64,000 bases of DNA from Candidatus Omnitrophota bacterium (GCA_041652815.1 JBAZGN010000001.1:445855-509854); one strand, 5' to 3'; counted from the first letter of the stretch, positions 26,645 through 35,930 are shown. Numbers and translations are program-made. The notes: generated by a model not told the origin, from the letters alone.

Positions 26645-27877
26645 ATGAAAAAACTCACCATACCACTAGTTGACCTTAAAAGAGAATACGCGTTTCTCAA
26701 AAAAGGAATCGGCAGGCAGATAAAAGACTGCTTAGCCAGCCAGCATTGGATTCTGGGCGAAAAAGTAACGCAATTTGAAAAAGAACTTTCAAAATATTTA
26801 AAGTCTAAATACATAATAGGCTTAAATTCAGGAACAGACGCCATCATTCTTTCCTTACGAGCGCAAGCAATGAAGCTTAAGGGTAAGGAATATTTTGATA
26901 AAGAAGATGAAATAATTACAACCCCTTTTACTTTTATCGCAACCGCAGAGGCCATAATAAGAAGCGGTGCAACCGTTGTTTTTGTTGATATCGACCCAGA
27001 AACTTTCAATATTAACCCTCAATGCATCAGAGAAGCTATCAATAAAAATACAGTTGGAATTTTACCAGTACATCTTTTTGGCCTTGCCTGCGATATGGAA
27101 AATATCGTTGAAATCGCCAAGGAAAACGATTTGTTTATCGTTGAGGACGTTGCCCAGGCTTTTGGGGCAGGGTATGTATCAGAGGACAGAGGACAAAAGA
27201 TAGAAGACAGAAAAAAACTGGGAACGATAGGCAACTGTGGGGCTTTTAGTTTTTTCCCTTCAAAGAATTTAGGCTCATACGGAGATGCCGGCGCCATTTC
27301 AACAGATGACAGGAAAGTAGCTGAACTCATAGTAACATTGAGGAATCACGGCCAAACCCATCAATACGATGCAAATTACATAGGTTATAACTCGCGCCTT
27401 GATTCTATCCAGGCAGCCATTCTTTTGGCAAAGCTGAAATATGTCGATAAATTTAATAATTTACGCATCAAGATAGCTCAAAAATACCACGATGGCCTAA
27501 AGAATATTAAAAACATTTATCTGCCATCCGCCATTCCTTCGACACGGCCTTCGGCCAGGCTCAGGACTTCCTTTGGTCGCTGCCATATGCCATCTTCAAC
27601 GCCTCAGCATGTCTATAACCTCTACACAATTAAAGTTGCAGCGAACATCCGCGATGGAATGCTCAAATTTCTGAATAGTGCCGGTATTCAGGCGCGCAGC
27701 TATTACCCTCTGCCGTTGCATAAAATGGAAGCATTCAAAACGGCAAAAATTTCTGGAAATCTTATTAATACAGAAGAAGCTTCAAGGGGCGTATTATCTC
27801 TTCCAGTAAACCCTTTTTTAAAGAATAGAGAAATCGACTATATCATTGAAAATATTAGAGTTTTAGCAAAAAAATAG
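26645..27877 (+). CDS. DegT/DnrJ/EryC1/StrS family sugar aminotransferase carrying an in-frame ~20-aa repeat-derived insertion
   Basis: PLP-dependent fold (FFPSKNLGSYGDAGAI, LRNHGQ). The segment STRPSARLRTSFGRCHMPSS interrupts the conserved P...VYHLY region. Confidence 0.8.
   Translation: MKKLTIPLVDLKREYAFLKKGIGRQIKDCLASQHWILGEKVTQFEKELSKYLKSKYIIGLNSGTDAIILSLRAQAMKLKGKEYFDKEDEIITTPFTFIATAEAIIRSGATVVFVDIDPETFNINPQCIREAINKNTVGILPVHLFGLACDMENIVEIAKENDLFIVEDVAQAFGAGYVSEDRGQKIEDRKKLGTIGNCGAFSFFPSKNLGSYGDAGAISTDDRKVAELIVTLRNHGQTHQYDANYIGYNSRLDSIQAAILLAKLKYVDKFNNLRIKIAQKYHDGLKNIKNIYLPSAIPSTRPSARLRTSFGRCHMPSSTPQHVYNLYTIKVAANIRDGMLKFLNSAGIQARSYYPLPLHKMEAFKTAKISGNLINTEEASRGVLSLPVNPFLKNREIDYIIENIRVLAKK
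27528..27589. repeat. Family C element, copy inside the DegT aminotransferase coding sequence (in-frame)
   Basis: GCCATTCCTTCGACACGGCCTTCGGCCAGGCTCAGGACTTCCTTTGGTCGCTGCCATATG. Reading frame is maintained and GC content is elevated against AT-rich surroundings. Confidence 0.75.
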
Positions 27878-27903
27878 CCAATTCTGCTACATAAAGAAGC
27901 GCC

Positions 27904-27931
27904 TTGACACTTCTTGATACATTGTTATAAT
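27904..27931 (+). promoter_or_regulatory. Consensus sigma70-type promoter (TTGACA-16 nt-TATAAT) upstream of HTH gene
   Basis: TTGACA at 27904-27909 and TATAAT at 27926-27931 with a 16-nt spacer, seen directly in the sequence. Confidence 0.55.
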
Positions 27932-27959
27932 CATTCCGTTGTTTTAATGGAAGCTTATT

Positions 27960-28139
27960 ATGCAAGTCATTCCTAACGAAATTTATACCCTCAAAGAAAC
28001 TGAAGAAATACTAAAATTGAGCCGTTCAACTATCCTCAGGCTTATCAAAAAAAGTGAACTTAAAACCGTAAAAATCGGGCGTCAGCATAGAATTTTAGGC
28101 CGGGAAATTCTAAAAATGGTAAGATACATAGAAAATTAA
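27960..28139 (+). CDS. Small helix-turn-helix DNA-binding protein (excisionase/MerR-like HTH_17)
   Basis: 59-aa ORF that is not in the supplied track. LKETEEILKLSRSTILRLIKKSELKTVKIGRQHRI matches the excisionase-type HTH. A consensus sigma70 promoter precedes it. Confidence 0.55.
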   Translation: MQVIPNEIYTLKETEEILKLSRSTILRLIKKSELKTVKIGRQHRILGREILKMVRYIEN

Positions 28140-28148
28140 TAGTAGATA

Positions 28149-28250
28149 ATGCTGAACAATAAGAAAGCTATAGTTACGGGTGGCTGCGGGTTTACCCAGC
28201 CCCTTACATATGGGCTAATGGAAATACAAATAAGTTGGAGGTTTAGGTGA
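28149..28250 (+). pseudogene. Remnant 5' fragment of an SDR epimerase gene (33 codons)
   Basis: MLNNKKAIVTGGCGF reproduces an epimerase N-terminus, then diverges and stops. It overlaps the GTG start of the intact epimerase at 28247. Confidence 0.4.
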
Positions 28251-29233
28251 AGGCGCTTGTAACGGGAGGGGCCGGGTTTATAGGCAGCCATATGGTCGAT
28301 AAGCTTATTGGCGAAGGTTATGAGGTTACGGTTTTGGATAATTTTTCAAACGGCAGGCTGCAAAATTTAGCTAACCACAAGAATAATAAAAACCTTAAGA
28401 CAATTGAAATTGATATATCTGATTTTGATAACATTAAAAAGTATTTTAACGGCATAGACGTAGTATTTCATTTCGCCGCCTTGGCGGATATCGTCCCATC
28501 GATAGTCAACCCGTTAGACTATTACAAGTCAAACGTAACAGGAACTGCTGCAGTTTGTGAAGCTTCCAGATTGGCTAAAATCAAAAAATTAATTTACGCA
28601 GCATCATCTTCCTGCTACGGTATACCGGATAATTTTCCAACACCGGAAACCGCTGAAATCCGGCCCCAATACCCTTACGCTCTAACCAAATATTTAGGAG
28701 AACAAATTATCATGCATTGGGGCAAAGTCTACAAACTTCCCGTTGTATCTTTAAGGCTTTTTAACGTTTATGGCCCGCGCTCAAGAACATCCGGCACGTA
28801 TGGCGCAGTTTTTGGAGTATTTTTAGCACAAAAATTAAACAATAAACCATTTACTGTAGTGGGCAGTGGCAATCAGACCAGGGATTTTACTTTTGTTACG
28901 GATGTGGTAAATGCTTTTTTTACGGCTGCACAAATTGATTGTAAAAATGAAATTATGAACGTCGGCTCAGGAAATACTTACAGCATAAATGAATTAGTTA
29001 AGCTTTTGGGAGGGGAAGTTACTTACATTCCTAAGCGGCCGGGTGAGCCTGACTGTACATTTGCGGACATTTCGAAAATAAAAAAAATATTGGGCTGGCA
29101 GCCGAAAGTATCTTTCGAGAAAGGTGTACGCAAAATGCTTGATAGCATAGAATATTGGAGGCAAGCTCCGCTATGGGCGCCTGACACAATAGAAGAGGCA
29201 ACAAAAGATTGGTTTAGGTATCTTGCAAGGTGA
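28247..29233 (+). CDS. NAD-dependent nucleotide-sugar epimerase/dehydratase
   Basis: GTG start 8 nt after GGAGG, then VTGGAGFIGSH, YALTKYLGE (YxxxK) and RLFNVYGPR. Confidence 0.75.
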   Translation: MKALVTGGAGFIGSHMVDKLIGEGYEVTVLDNFSNGRLQNLANHKNNKNLKTIEIDISDFDNIKKYFNGIDVVFHFAALADIVPSIVNPLDYYKSNVTGTAAVCEASRLAKIKKLIYAASSSCYGIPDNFPTPETAEIRPQYPYALTKYLGEQIIMHWGKVYKLPVVSLRLFNVYGPRSRTSGTYGAVFGVFLAQKLNNKPFTVVGSGNQTRDFTFVTDVVNAFFTAAQIDCKNEIMNVGSGNTYSINELVKLLGGEVTYIPKRPGEPDCTFADISKIKKILGWQPKVSFEKGVRKMLDSIEYWRQAPLWAPDTIEEATKDWFRYLAR

Positions 29234-30771
29234 CTATGAGCACAAAAGTACTTTCAAAGATAAAAACAATTGACGAGTTAGGCAAAACACTTGCCTTTGA
29301 ACGTAAACAAGGCAAAAAAATAGTTCATTGCCATGGAGTATTTGACCTGCTGCATCCGGGGCACATAAAACATTTCCAGGCAGCAAAGAAAAAAGGGGAT
29401 ATCCTGGTAGTTACATTAACAAAAGATGAATTCGTAAACCGTGGGCCGGGAAGGCCGATATTTGGCGAGCACTTACGTGCAGAAAGCATAGCAGCGCTTG
29501 AGTGTGTTGATTTCGTTGCAATTAACAAGTGGCCTACGGCAGTTGAAGCCATAAAAAAATTAAAGCCCAATTTTTACGTAAAAGGAAACGAATATGCAAA
29601 AAAAGATGAGGATGTAACGGGAAAAATTTATGAAGAAGAAGAAGCGGTTAAATCGGTAGGGGGCACTTTGCACTTTACCGATGAAATAACATTTAGTTCC
29701 TCATCGCTTATTAATGCATTTTTTTCTCCCTATCCGGAAGAAGCCAAAGAATTCTTTTCGGGCTTCAAAAAAAAATACACGAGTAAGGATATTTTAGGTT
29801 CGCTTAAATCGCTCGAAGACTTAAAGGTGCTTGTAATTGGCGATATTATCATCGATGAATACCATTATTGCAGCGGAATGGGCAAATCCCAGAAAGATAA
29901 CATTATCGCAACCAAATATAATAGCGAAGAAATCTTTGCCGGAGGCGTACTTGCTGCCGCAAACCATATAGCTGGTTTTTGTAAAGAGGTTATGTTGGTA
30001 AGTTGTGTAGGCACCAAGAATGATTACATGAATTTTATCGTAAATCATCTAAAGCCTAACATAAAAACCATATTCCATTATTGTAAAGACATTCACACAG
30101 TTGTTAAACGCAGATTTGTTGACCCGGCATTCTTAAACAAATTATTTGAAATATGTTACCTTGAAGACGCCGGCCATATTTCTGCTTCCGTCGAAAAAGA
30201 CATATCGGAATGCATCGAATCTATAATAAAACAATTTGACATGGTTATAGTTACCGATTTTGGCCACGGGATGATTACGCCGAAAATCGTAAAAATACTT
30301 TGCGATAAGGCAAAGTTTCTGGCAATAAACGTCCAAACCAATTCCGCCAACATCGGTTTTAACCTGATTACGAAATTTCACCGTGCGGATTATATTTGTA
30401 TAGACGAACCGGAAATCCGCCTGGCATGCCATGATAAATTTTCAAATCTGGAAAAACTCATTTCTCATGTCAGCGAAAAATTATCCTGCGATAAAATGAT
30501 AATAACCCGAGGGCATAAAGGCGCGCTTGCCTATTCAAGAAAAGATGGGTTTTCCCACATTCCCGTATTCTCCAAGGAAGTTCTGGACAGAATCGGCGCA
30601 GGCGATGCATTCTTTTCGATAACCGCGCCCTGCGTATATAAAAATAATCCCATGGAAACCGTAGGTTTCATCGGTAACGCTGTGGGGGCAATGAAAGTTT
30701 TAATCGTGGGTAACCGTTCATCCGTTGAACCGGCGCCTTTATCTAAATATATTACTACGCTTTTAAAGTAA
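29230..30771 (+). CDS. Bifunctional heptose-7-phosphate kinase / heptose-1-phosphate nucleotidyltransferase (HldE/RfaE-like) with reversed domain order
   Basis: N-terminal cytidylyltransferase-like domain (HGVFDLLHPGHIKHF). C-terminal PfkB carbohydrate kinase (VIGDIIIDEY, DRIGAGDAFFS). gmhA lies directly downstream. Confidence 0.7.
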   Translation: MTMSTKVLSKIKTIDELGKTLAFERKQGKKIVHCHGVFDLLHPGHIKHFQAAKKKGDILVVTLTKDEFVNRGPGRPIFGEHLRAESIAALECVDFVAINKWPTAVEAIKKLKPNFYVKGNEYAKKDEDVTGKIYEEEEAVKSVGGTLHFTDEITFSSSSLINAFFSPYPEEAKEFFSGFKKKYTSKDILGSLKSLEDLKVLVIGDIIIDEYHYCSGMGKSQKDNIIATKYNSEEIFAGGVLAAANHIAGFCKEVMLVSCVGTKNDYMNFIVNHLKPNIKTIFHYCKDIHTVVKRRFVDPAFLNKLFEICYLEDAGHISASVEKDISECIESIIKQFDMVIVTDFGHGMITPKIVKILCDKAKFLAINVQTNSANIGFNLITKFHRADYICIDEPEIRLACHDKFSNLEKLISHVSEKLSCDKMIITRGHKGALAYSRKDGFSHIPVFSKEVLDRIGAGDAFFSITAPCVYKNNPMETVGFIGNAVGAMKVLIVGNRSSVEPAPLSKYITTLLK

Positions 30772-30775
30772 ATAT

Positions 30776-31345
30776 ATGCAGTATTTCAGAGAATTAAATA
30801 ACATCATAAACAAGGTTGAGGTTAATTGCCATAAAGGAAAAAATATCCTGCTTGAGAAGGCCATAACGGATATTGTAAATTCAATTATTAATTGCAGCAA
30901 AAAAGGGAACAAGGTGATATTGACAGGTAACGGCGGCAGCGCCTCTATTGCCAGTCACACCGCAACCGACTTATTAAAAAACGCAAAAATTCCCGCATTG
31001 GCCTTTAGCGATTCAAGCTTGCTTACCTGCCTTTCGAATGATTTGGGCTACGAGAACGTTTTTAAAAAACCAATAGAGATGCTGGCAAAAAAAGGCGATA
31101 TCGTGTTTGCCATAAGCAGCTCCGGCAGCTCAAAGAACATCTTAAACGCTGCGAATATGGCTAAAGACAAAAATTGTTTTTTAGCTACCCTGTCGGGTTT
31201 TAAGAAATATAATCCTTTACAAAAATTGGGCGATATTAATTTTTATGTGCCTTCGCAGTCTTACGGTTACGTAGAGCTTACACATTCCATAATTTGCCAC
31301 TGCATTACTGATCGTTTGGTTGAAAAAATGAAAGGAGGCCATTAA
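30776..31345 (+). CDS. gmhA: Phosphoheptose isomerase (sedoheptulose-7-phosphate isomerase)
   Basis: 189-aa SIS-domain protein (ILTGNGGSASIASH, DIVFAISSSGSSKN). Confidence 0.85.
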   Translation: MQYFRELNNIINKVEVNCHKGKNILLEKAITDIVNSIINCSKKGNKVILTGNGGSASIASHTATDLLKNAKIPALAFSDSSLLTCLSNDLGYENVFKKPIEMLAKKGDIVFAISSSGSSKNILNAANMAKDKNCFLATLSGFKKYNPLQKLGDINFYVPSQSYGYVELTHSIICHCITDRLVEKMKGGH

Positions 31346-31350
31346 AAAAT

Positions 31351-32349
31351 ATGCGCAAGATCAATAATGTATTAGTGACCGGAGGGGCAGGTTATGTCGG
31401 CTCCATGCTTATCCCTAAACTTCTTGCCAACGGATATAACGTCAAAGTAATAGATTTATATATGTTTGGAGATAATGTTTTGGATTGTGTAAAGAATAAC
31501 CCAAACTTAAAACAAATCAAAGGCGATATCAGAGACAAAGAATTATTGGCAAAAGAAATACCGGGAACGGATGCAATAATCCATTTAGCTTGTATTTCTA
31601 ATGATCCGAGTTTTGAATTAAATCCTACCCTTGGCAAATCCATTAATTACGATGCTTTCCTTCCTTTAGTAAGAATCGCCAAAAAAAATCGGGTCAAAAG
31701 ATTTATCTATGCCTCCAGTTCGAGCGTCTATGGCATAAAAGAAGAGGATAAAGTTACCGAAGAGCTTCCCCTAAAGCCCTTAACGGATTATTCTAAATAT
31801 AAAATGCTTTGTGAGGAAGTTTTGGCGAAAGAAAGAATGCCCGGATTTACTACGCTGATATTACGGCCATCTACGGTTTGCGGTTATTCTCCCAGATTGC
31901 GTTTAGATTTAACCGTAAACATTCTGACCAACCACGCTATCAACAAAGGAAAAATTACTGTTTTTGGCGGAAGCCAAAAAAGGCCGAATATTCACATGGA
32001 AGATATGACTGACCTTTATGTAAAAACATTGGAATATCCCGATGAATTAATCGACGGAAAGATATTTAACGCAGGTTATGAGAATTTCACAGTAATGGAG
32101 CTTGCGGAAAAAGTAAGAAAAATTATCGGTAAAAACATACCCATTGAAGTAACCGCAACCGATGATAATAGGTCCTATAAAGTTTGCAGCGAAAAGATTA
32201 AGAGAGAACTTGGCTTTAGCGCAAAGCGCAGCGTAGAAGAAGCAATCGAAGGCCTCCAGGGTGCTTACCAGCAGGGTAAAATACCAAATCCTATGGAAGA
32301 CAGCCGGTATTATAATATTAAAACAATGAAAACCATAAATCTTAAATGA
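31351..32349 (+). CDS. NAD-dependent epimerase/dehydratase family protein
   Basis: VTGGAGYVGS Rossmann fold and YSKYKMLCE (YxxxK), 332 aa. Confidence 0.7.
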   Translation: MRKINNVLVTGGAGYVGSMLIPKLLANGYNVKVIDLYMFGDNVLDCVKNNPNLKQIKGDIRDKELLAKEIPGTDAIIHLACISNDPSFELNPTLGKSINYDAFLPLVRIAKKNRVKRFIYASSSSVYGIKEEDKVTEELPLKPLTDYSKYKMLCEEVLAKERMPGFTTLILRPSTVCGYSPRLRLDLTVNILTNHAINKGKITVFGGSQKRPNIHMEDMTDLYVKTLEYPDELIDGKIFNAGYENFTVMELAEKVRKIIGKNIPIEVTATDDNRSYKVCSEKIKRELGFSAKRSVEEAIEGLQGAYQQGKIPNPMEDSRYYNIKTMKTINLK

Positions 32350-33449
32350 ATATTCCTTATGTAAACCTTGCCGGGCAAAATAGAGTAGTAAAAAAAGAAA
32401 TCTTGCAGGCAATAGGAAAGGTTTTAGAGAGCGGGCAATTTATTCTTGGCAAAGAGGTTGAAGCCTTTGAACGTTCTTTTGCTAATCTTTGCGGTACAGA
32501 ATATGCTTTAGGCGTAGGCACGGGAACGGATGCTCTTGTTCTCGCACTTCGCGTATTAAATATAGGGCCCGGCGATAGTGTAATTACGGTTGCGAATTCT
32601 TTTATTTCTACCGCAAGCTCTATTGTTTTAGTCGGTGCGAAACCGGTATTCGTTGATGTGGGTGAAGATTATAATATAAACCCTCGGTTAATTGAAAAAG
32701 CAATAAATTCCCGCACAAAGGCAATACTACCGGTTCATCTAACCGGCCGGCCGGCAGATATGAAATCTATATTAGAAATAGCAAAAAAACATAAATTAAC
32801 AGTGATTGAAGATTGCGCCCAGGCGGTTGGTGCAGAATATAGAGAAAAATGTGTTGGTTCATTCGGCACAATAGGTTGTTTCAGCCTCCACCCTTTAAAA
32901 AATCTAAATGCCTGCGGTGATGGAGGGGCGTTGACAACCAACGACAGGAATCTCTATAGAAAATTGCAGATTTTACGTAACAACGGTTTTAGCACTCGCG
33001 ACAATTGCGCCGCTTGGAGCGATAATTCAAGACTGGATACCATACAGGCGGCATTATTACTCGTTAAGCTTAATTACCTGAAAAAATGGACTGACAGGCG
33101 CCGGGAGAATGCCGAATTTTACCAAAAACATTTATCCTGCCTTACACAAGTCAAAGTTCCTGTTGAAAGGCCTTATGAAAAAAGCGTCTATCATACTTTT
33201 GTTATCCAGGCGCAGGACCGTGATAGGTTAAGCAACTTCTTGGGCCGTAAAGGCATTGGTACAAAAATACATTATCCTATCCCCATACATTTACAGCCAG
33301 CGGCAAAAAGCTTAAAACAAAAGAGTGGTTCTTTGCTTATGACTGAAAAGCAGGCAAAAATGATTTTGAGTTTGCCGATTTATCCCGAACTTACTACTAA
33401 GCAATTAAGTTATATAGTAAATTGTATCTACGATTTTTATAATCAATAG
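32346..33449 (+). CDS. DegT/DnrJ/EryC1/StrS family sugar aminotransferase
   Basis: PLP-dependent fold (FSLHPLKNLNACGDGGAL, LRNNG), 367 aa. Confidence 0.8.
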   Translation: MNIPYVNLAGQNRVVKKEILQAIGKVLESGQFILGKEVEAFERSFANLCGTEYALGVGTGTDALVLALRVLNIGPGDSVITVANSFISTASSIVLVGAKPVFVDVGEDYNINPRLIEKAINSRTKAILPVHLTGRPADMKSILEIAKKHKLTVIEDCAQAVGAEYREKCVGSFGTIGCFSLHPLKNLNACGDGGALTTNDRNLYRKLQILRNNGFSTRDNCAAWSDNSRLDTIQAALLLVKLNYLKKWTDRRRENAEFYQKHLSCLTQVKVPVERPYEKSVYHTFVIQAQDRDRLSNFLGRKGIGTKIHYPIPIHLQPAAKSLKQKSGSLLMTEKQAKMILSLPIYPELTTKQLSYIVNCIYDFYNQ

Positions 33450-33514
33450 AATTACCATAGATTATACAGATAAATAATATTTGCGTAATCTTATCCAAAA
33501 AGGAGGATCCGGAA

Positions 33515-34617
33515 TGAAAATTTCCTATTCTTATTTGGCCAGGCAATTTAAAAATATTGACCCCTATCTTAAAGATATAAAAAAATTAGTAAAAAGCGGC
33601 GATTTTACTTTAGGTAAGGATGTAGCAAAGTTTGAAGAAAATTTTGCCAAGCTTTGTAAGATACCTTTTGCTTTGGGGGTCAGCTCCGGAACAGATGCCC
33701 TTATCCTTTCTTTGGAAATTTTAGGCATAGGCCATAACGACGAAGTTATTACCGCGCCCAACACCTTTATTGCCACTGTTGGTGCAATTGCAATGACCGG
33801 AGCACGACCGGTATTTGTAGATAATAACGAGGAATATACTATTGATGTGAACAAGATTGAGAAAGCAATTACGCCTAAGACTAAGGCGATACTTCCGGTT
33901 CATCTTTCCGGATGCCCTGCGGACATGCCTAAAATTATGGAAATTGCCAAAAAATATAATTTATTGGTAGTGGAAGATGCGGCCCAGTCCATACTTGCTA
34001 CAATTGACGGAAAACATGTTGGTTCGTGGGGCCAGACTGCTTGTTTTAGCATGCACCCTTTAAAAAATTTAAATGTCTGGGGAGATGCGGGGATAATTGT
34101 TACTCGCTCAAAGGAATTATGCGAAAAATTAAAATTATTTCGTAACCATGGCTTAGCCACCCGCGATGAAATCGAAATATTCGGCCATAATAGCCGGTTG
34201 GATTCTCTACAGGCCCTGGTTGCGAACCGGCTGATTAAAGATACCGTTTCCATTACCGATAAGCGTATTGAAAATGCTATGCGTTTTGACGAAGCTTTTA
34301 AAAAACTTAAGGGTTATATTACAATTCCACCCCGCAGGCCCAATGTAAAACAGGTGTATCATACTTATGTAATCCAGGCAAAAAATCGAGATGGTTTATA
34401 CGCGCATATGCTTAAAAAGGGGGTAGAGGTAAAAATTCATTACCCTATACCTTTACATTTACAAAAGGCCGCGGCTTATTTAGGGTATAAGGCCGGAGAT
34501 TTTCCGGTTTGCGAAGAACATTGCCGTACAATCATTACTTTACCGGTCCATCAACATCTGACTTCGAAAGAGATCGATTACATGATTAAATGCGTACGTG
34601 AGTTTTATTTGGGATAG
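33515..34617 (+). CDS. DegT/DnrJ/EryC1/StrS family sugar aminotransferase
   Basis: Start set at ATG 33515, 6 nt after AGGAGG. FSMHPLKNLNVWGDAGII and LFRNHG motifs. Paralog of 32346..33449. Confidence 0.8.
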
Positions 34618-34626
34618 GAATTAAGT

Positions 34627-35445
34627 ATGAGCAAAAATACTACATTAAGAGATAAAGCTAATTATATCAGAGCAAATGTTGTTAAGGTTTCCGTGCGAAA
34701 TCGAGCCGGACACATCGCTCCATCTCTATCATGCGTTGATATCCTTGTTGCTTTATATTACAGCGTAATGGATTATCAAGAAACAAATCCTTTGTGGGAA
34801 GAGCGGGACAGGCTAATTTTTTCCAAGGCACATGGTTGTTATGCTTTATATGCTATTTTAGCTGACAAGGGTATTATCCCTGAAAAAGAATGGGAGGCTT
34901 TTTATACTAACGAAAGCAGTTTGCTCGGGTGTATGGAGCGAAGAATAGAGTTTGGCCTTGAAGCCGGCTGTGGTTCACTTGGCCACGGTATACCGATAGC
35001 TACAGGTGTTGCTTTCGGAGCAAAGTTACAGAATAAAAAATATCATACTTTTTGTGTTGTTGGAGACGGAGAATTACAGGAAGGTTCTACCTGGGAAGCT
35101 ATACAATTTGCCATTAAACACGAGGTTGGCAATCTTACGATTATAATTGATGCTAACAGGCTTCAGGCAATGGACTTTATTGTTAATATTTTAGACAAGG
35201 AAACTAAAGATATTGTAAATAGGCTTAAAGGTTTCGGCCTCTCTCCAGTTATTTGTTCAGGCCATGGCGTAGAAGCTTTAGCCAAACATTTACAAAAAGC
35301 AAAAGTAAGCATAAATAACAGGCCAAATGTAATAATCGCTGAAACCATAAAAGGATTTGGGCTAAAATGTATGGAAAACATTCCCAAATTTCATTTCAGG
35401 ATACCTACTGAAGAAGAATTAGCGCAGGGCAAGAATTATGAGTGA
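34627..35445 (+). CDS. Transketolase N-terminal (thiamine-diphosphate-binding) subunit
   Basis: ThDP-binding GDGELQEGSTWEA motif and PP domain, 272 aa, split-type. Confidence 0.75.
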   Translation: MSKNTTLRDKANYIRANVVKVSVRNRAGHIAPSLSCVDILVALYYSVMDYQETNPLWEERDRLIFSKAHGCYALYAILADKGIIPEKEWEAFYTNESSLLGCMERRIEFGLEAGCGSLGHGIPIATGVAFGAKLQNKKYHTFCVVGDGELQEGSTWEAIQFAIKHEVGNLTIIIDANRLQAMDFIVNILDKETKDIVNRLKGFGLSPVICSGHGVEALAKHLQKAKVSINNRPNVIIAETIKGFGLKCMENIPKFHFRIPTEEELAQGKNYE

Positions 35446-35929
35446 AGCAATTAATTTTCGAAGAGAAATCATAGACACCGTTATTCCCTATTTTCGTAAG
35501 GACCCCCGGTACTATTTGTTAGTTTGCGACATGGGTTTTGGAGTAATTGATAAAGCGAAAAAGGAATTCCCGGAAAGGGTAATTAACTGCGGTATTATGG
35601 AGCAAGGTACCGTTGGTATCGCAAGTGGTATGAGCATAAGCGGGCTTATTCCGGTTGTTTATTCGATAGTTAATTTTTTAGCCTTTCGGGCGCTTGAACA
35701 GATAAGAAACGATGTAATTTTACAAGAATTGAACGTTAAATTTATTGCAACCGGCGTAAACGATTATTTTGAGTTCCTGGGGCCTTCGCATTGCTGCGGC
35801 CAGGATGATATAGTGGCAATGGAACTAGTTAAGATGAAAGTCTACGACCCTTATACCGACAAAAAACCTTTCAGCAAAATTGTAGATGAATGGATAACGA
35901 GCAGCAACGCAGGCTATATAAGGGTTTGA
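35438..35929 (+). CDS. Transketolase pyrimidine-binding domain protein (short C-terminal subunit)
   Basis: 163 aa covering only the Pyr domain (GIMEQGTVGIASGMS). It overlaps the upstream stop and is shorter than typical C-subunits of about 310 aa. Confidence 0.6.
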   Translation: MSEAINFRREIIDTVIPYFRKDPRYYLLVCDMGFGVIDKAKKEFPERVINCGIMEQGTVGIASGMSISGLIPVVYSIVNFLAFRALEQIRNDVILQELNVKFIATGVNDYFEFLGPSHCCGQDDIVAMELVKMKVYDPYTDKKPFSKIVDEWITSSNAGYIRV

Positions 35930-35930
35930 C

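Noticed and set aside
26967-27203. 78-aa + strand ORF in an alternative frame within the DegT gene
   Set aside because: It overlaps the conserved PLP-enzyme frame and has no independent support.
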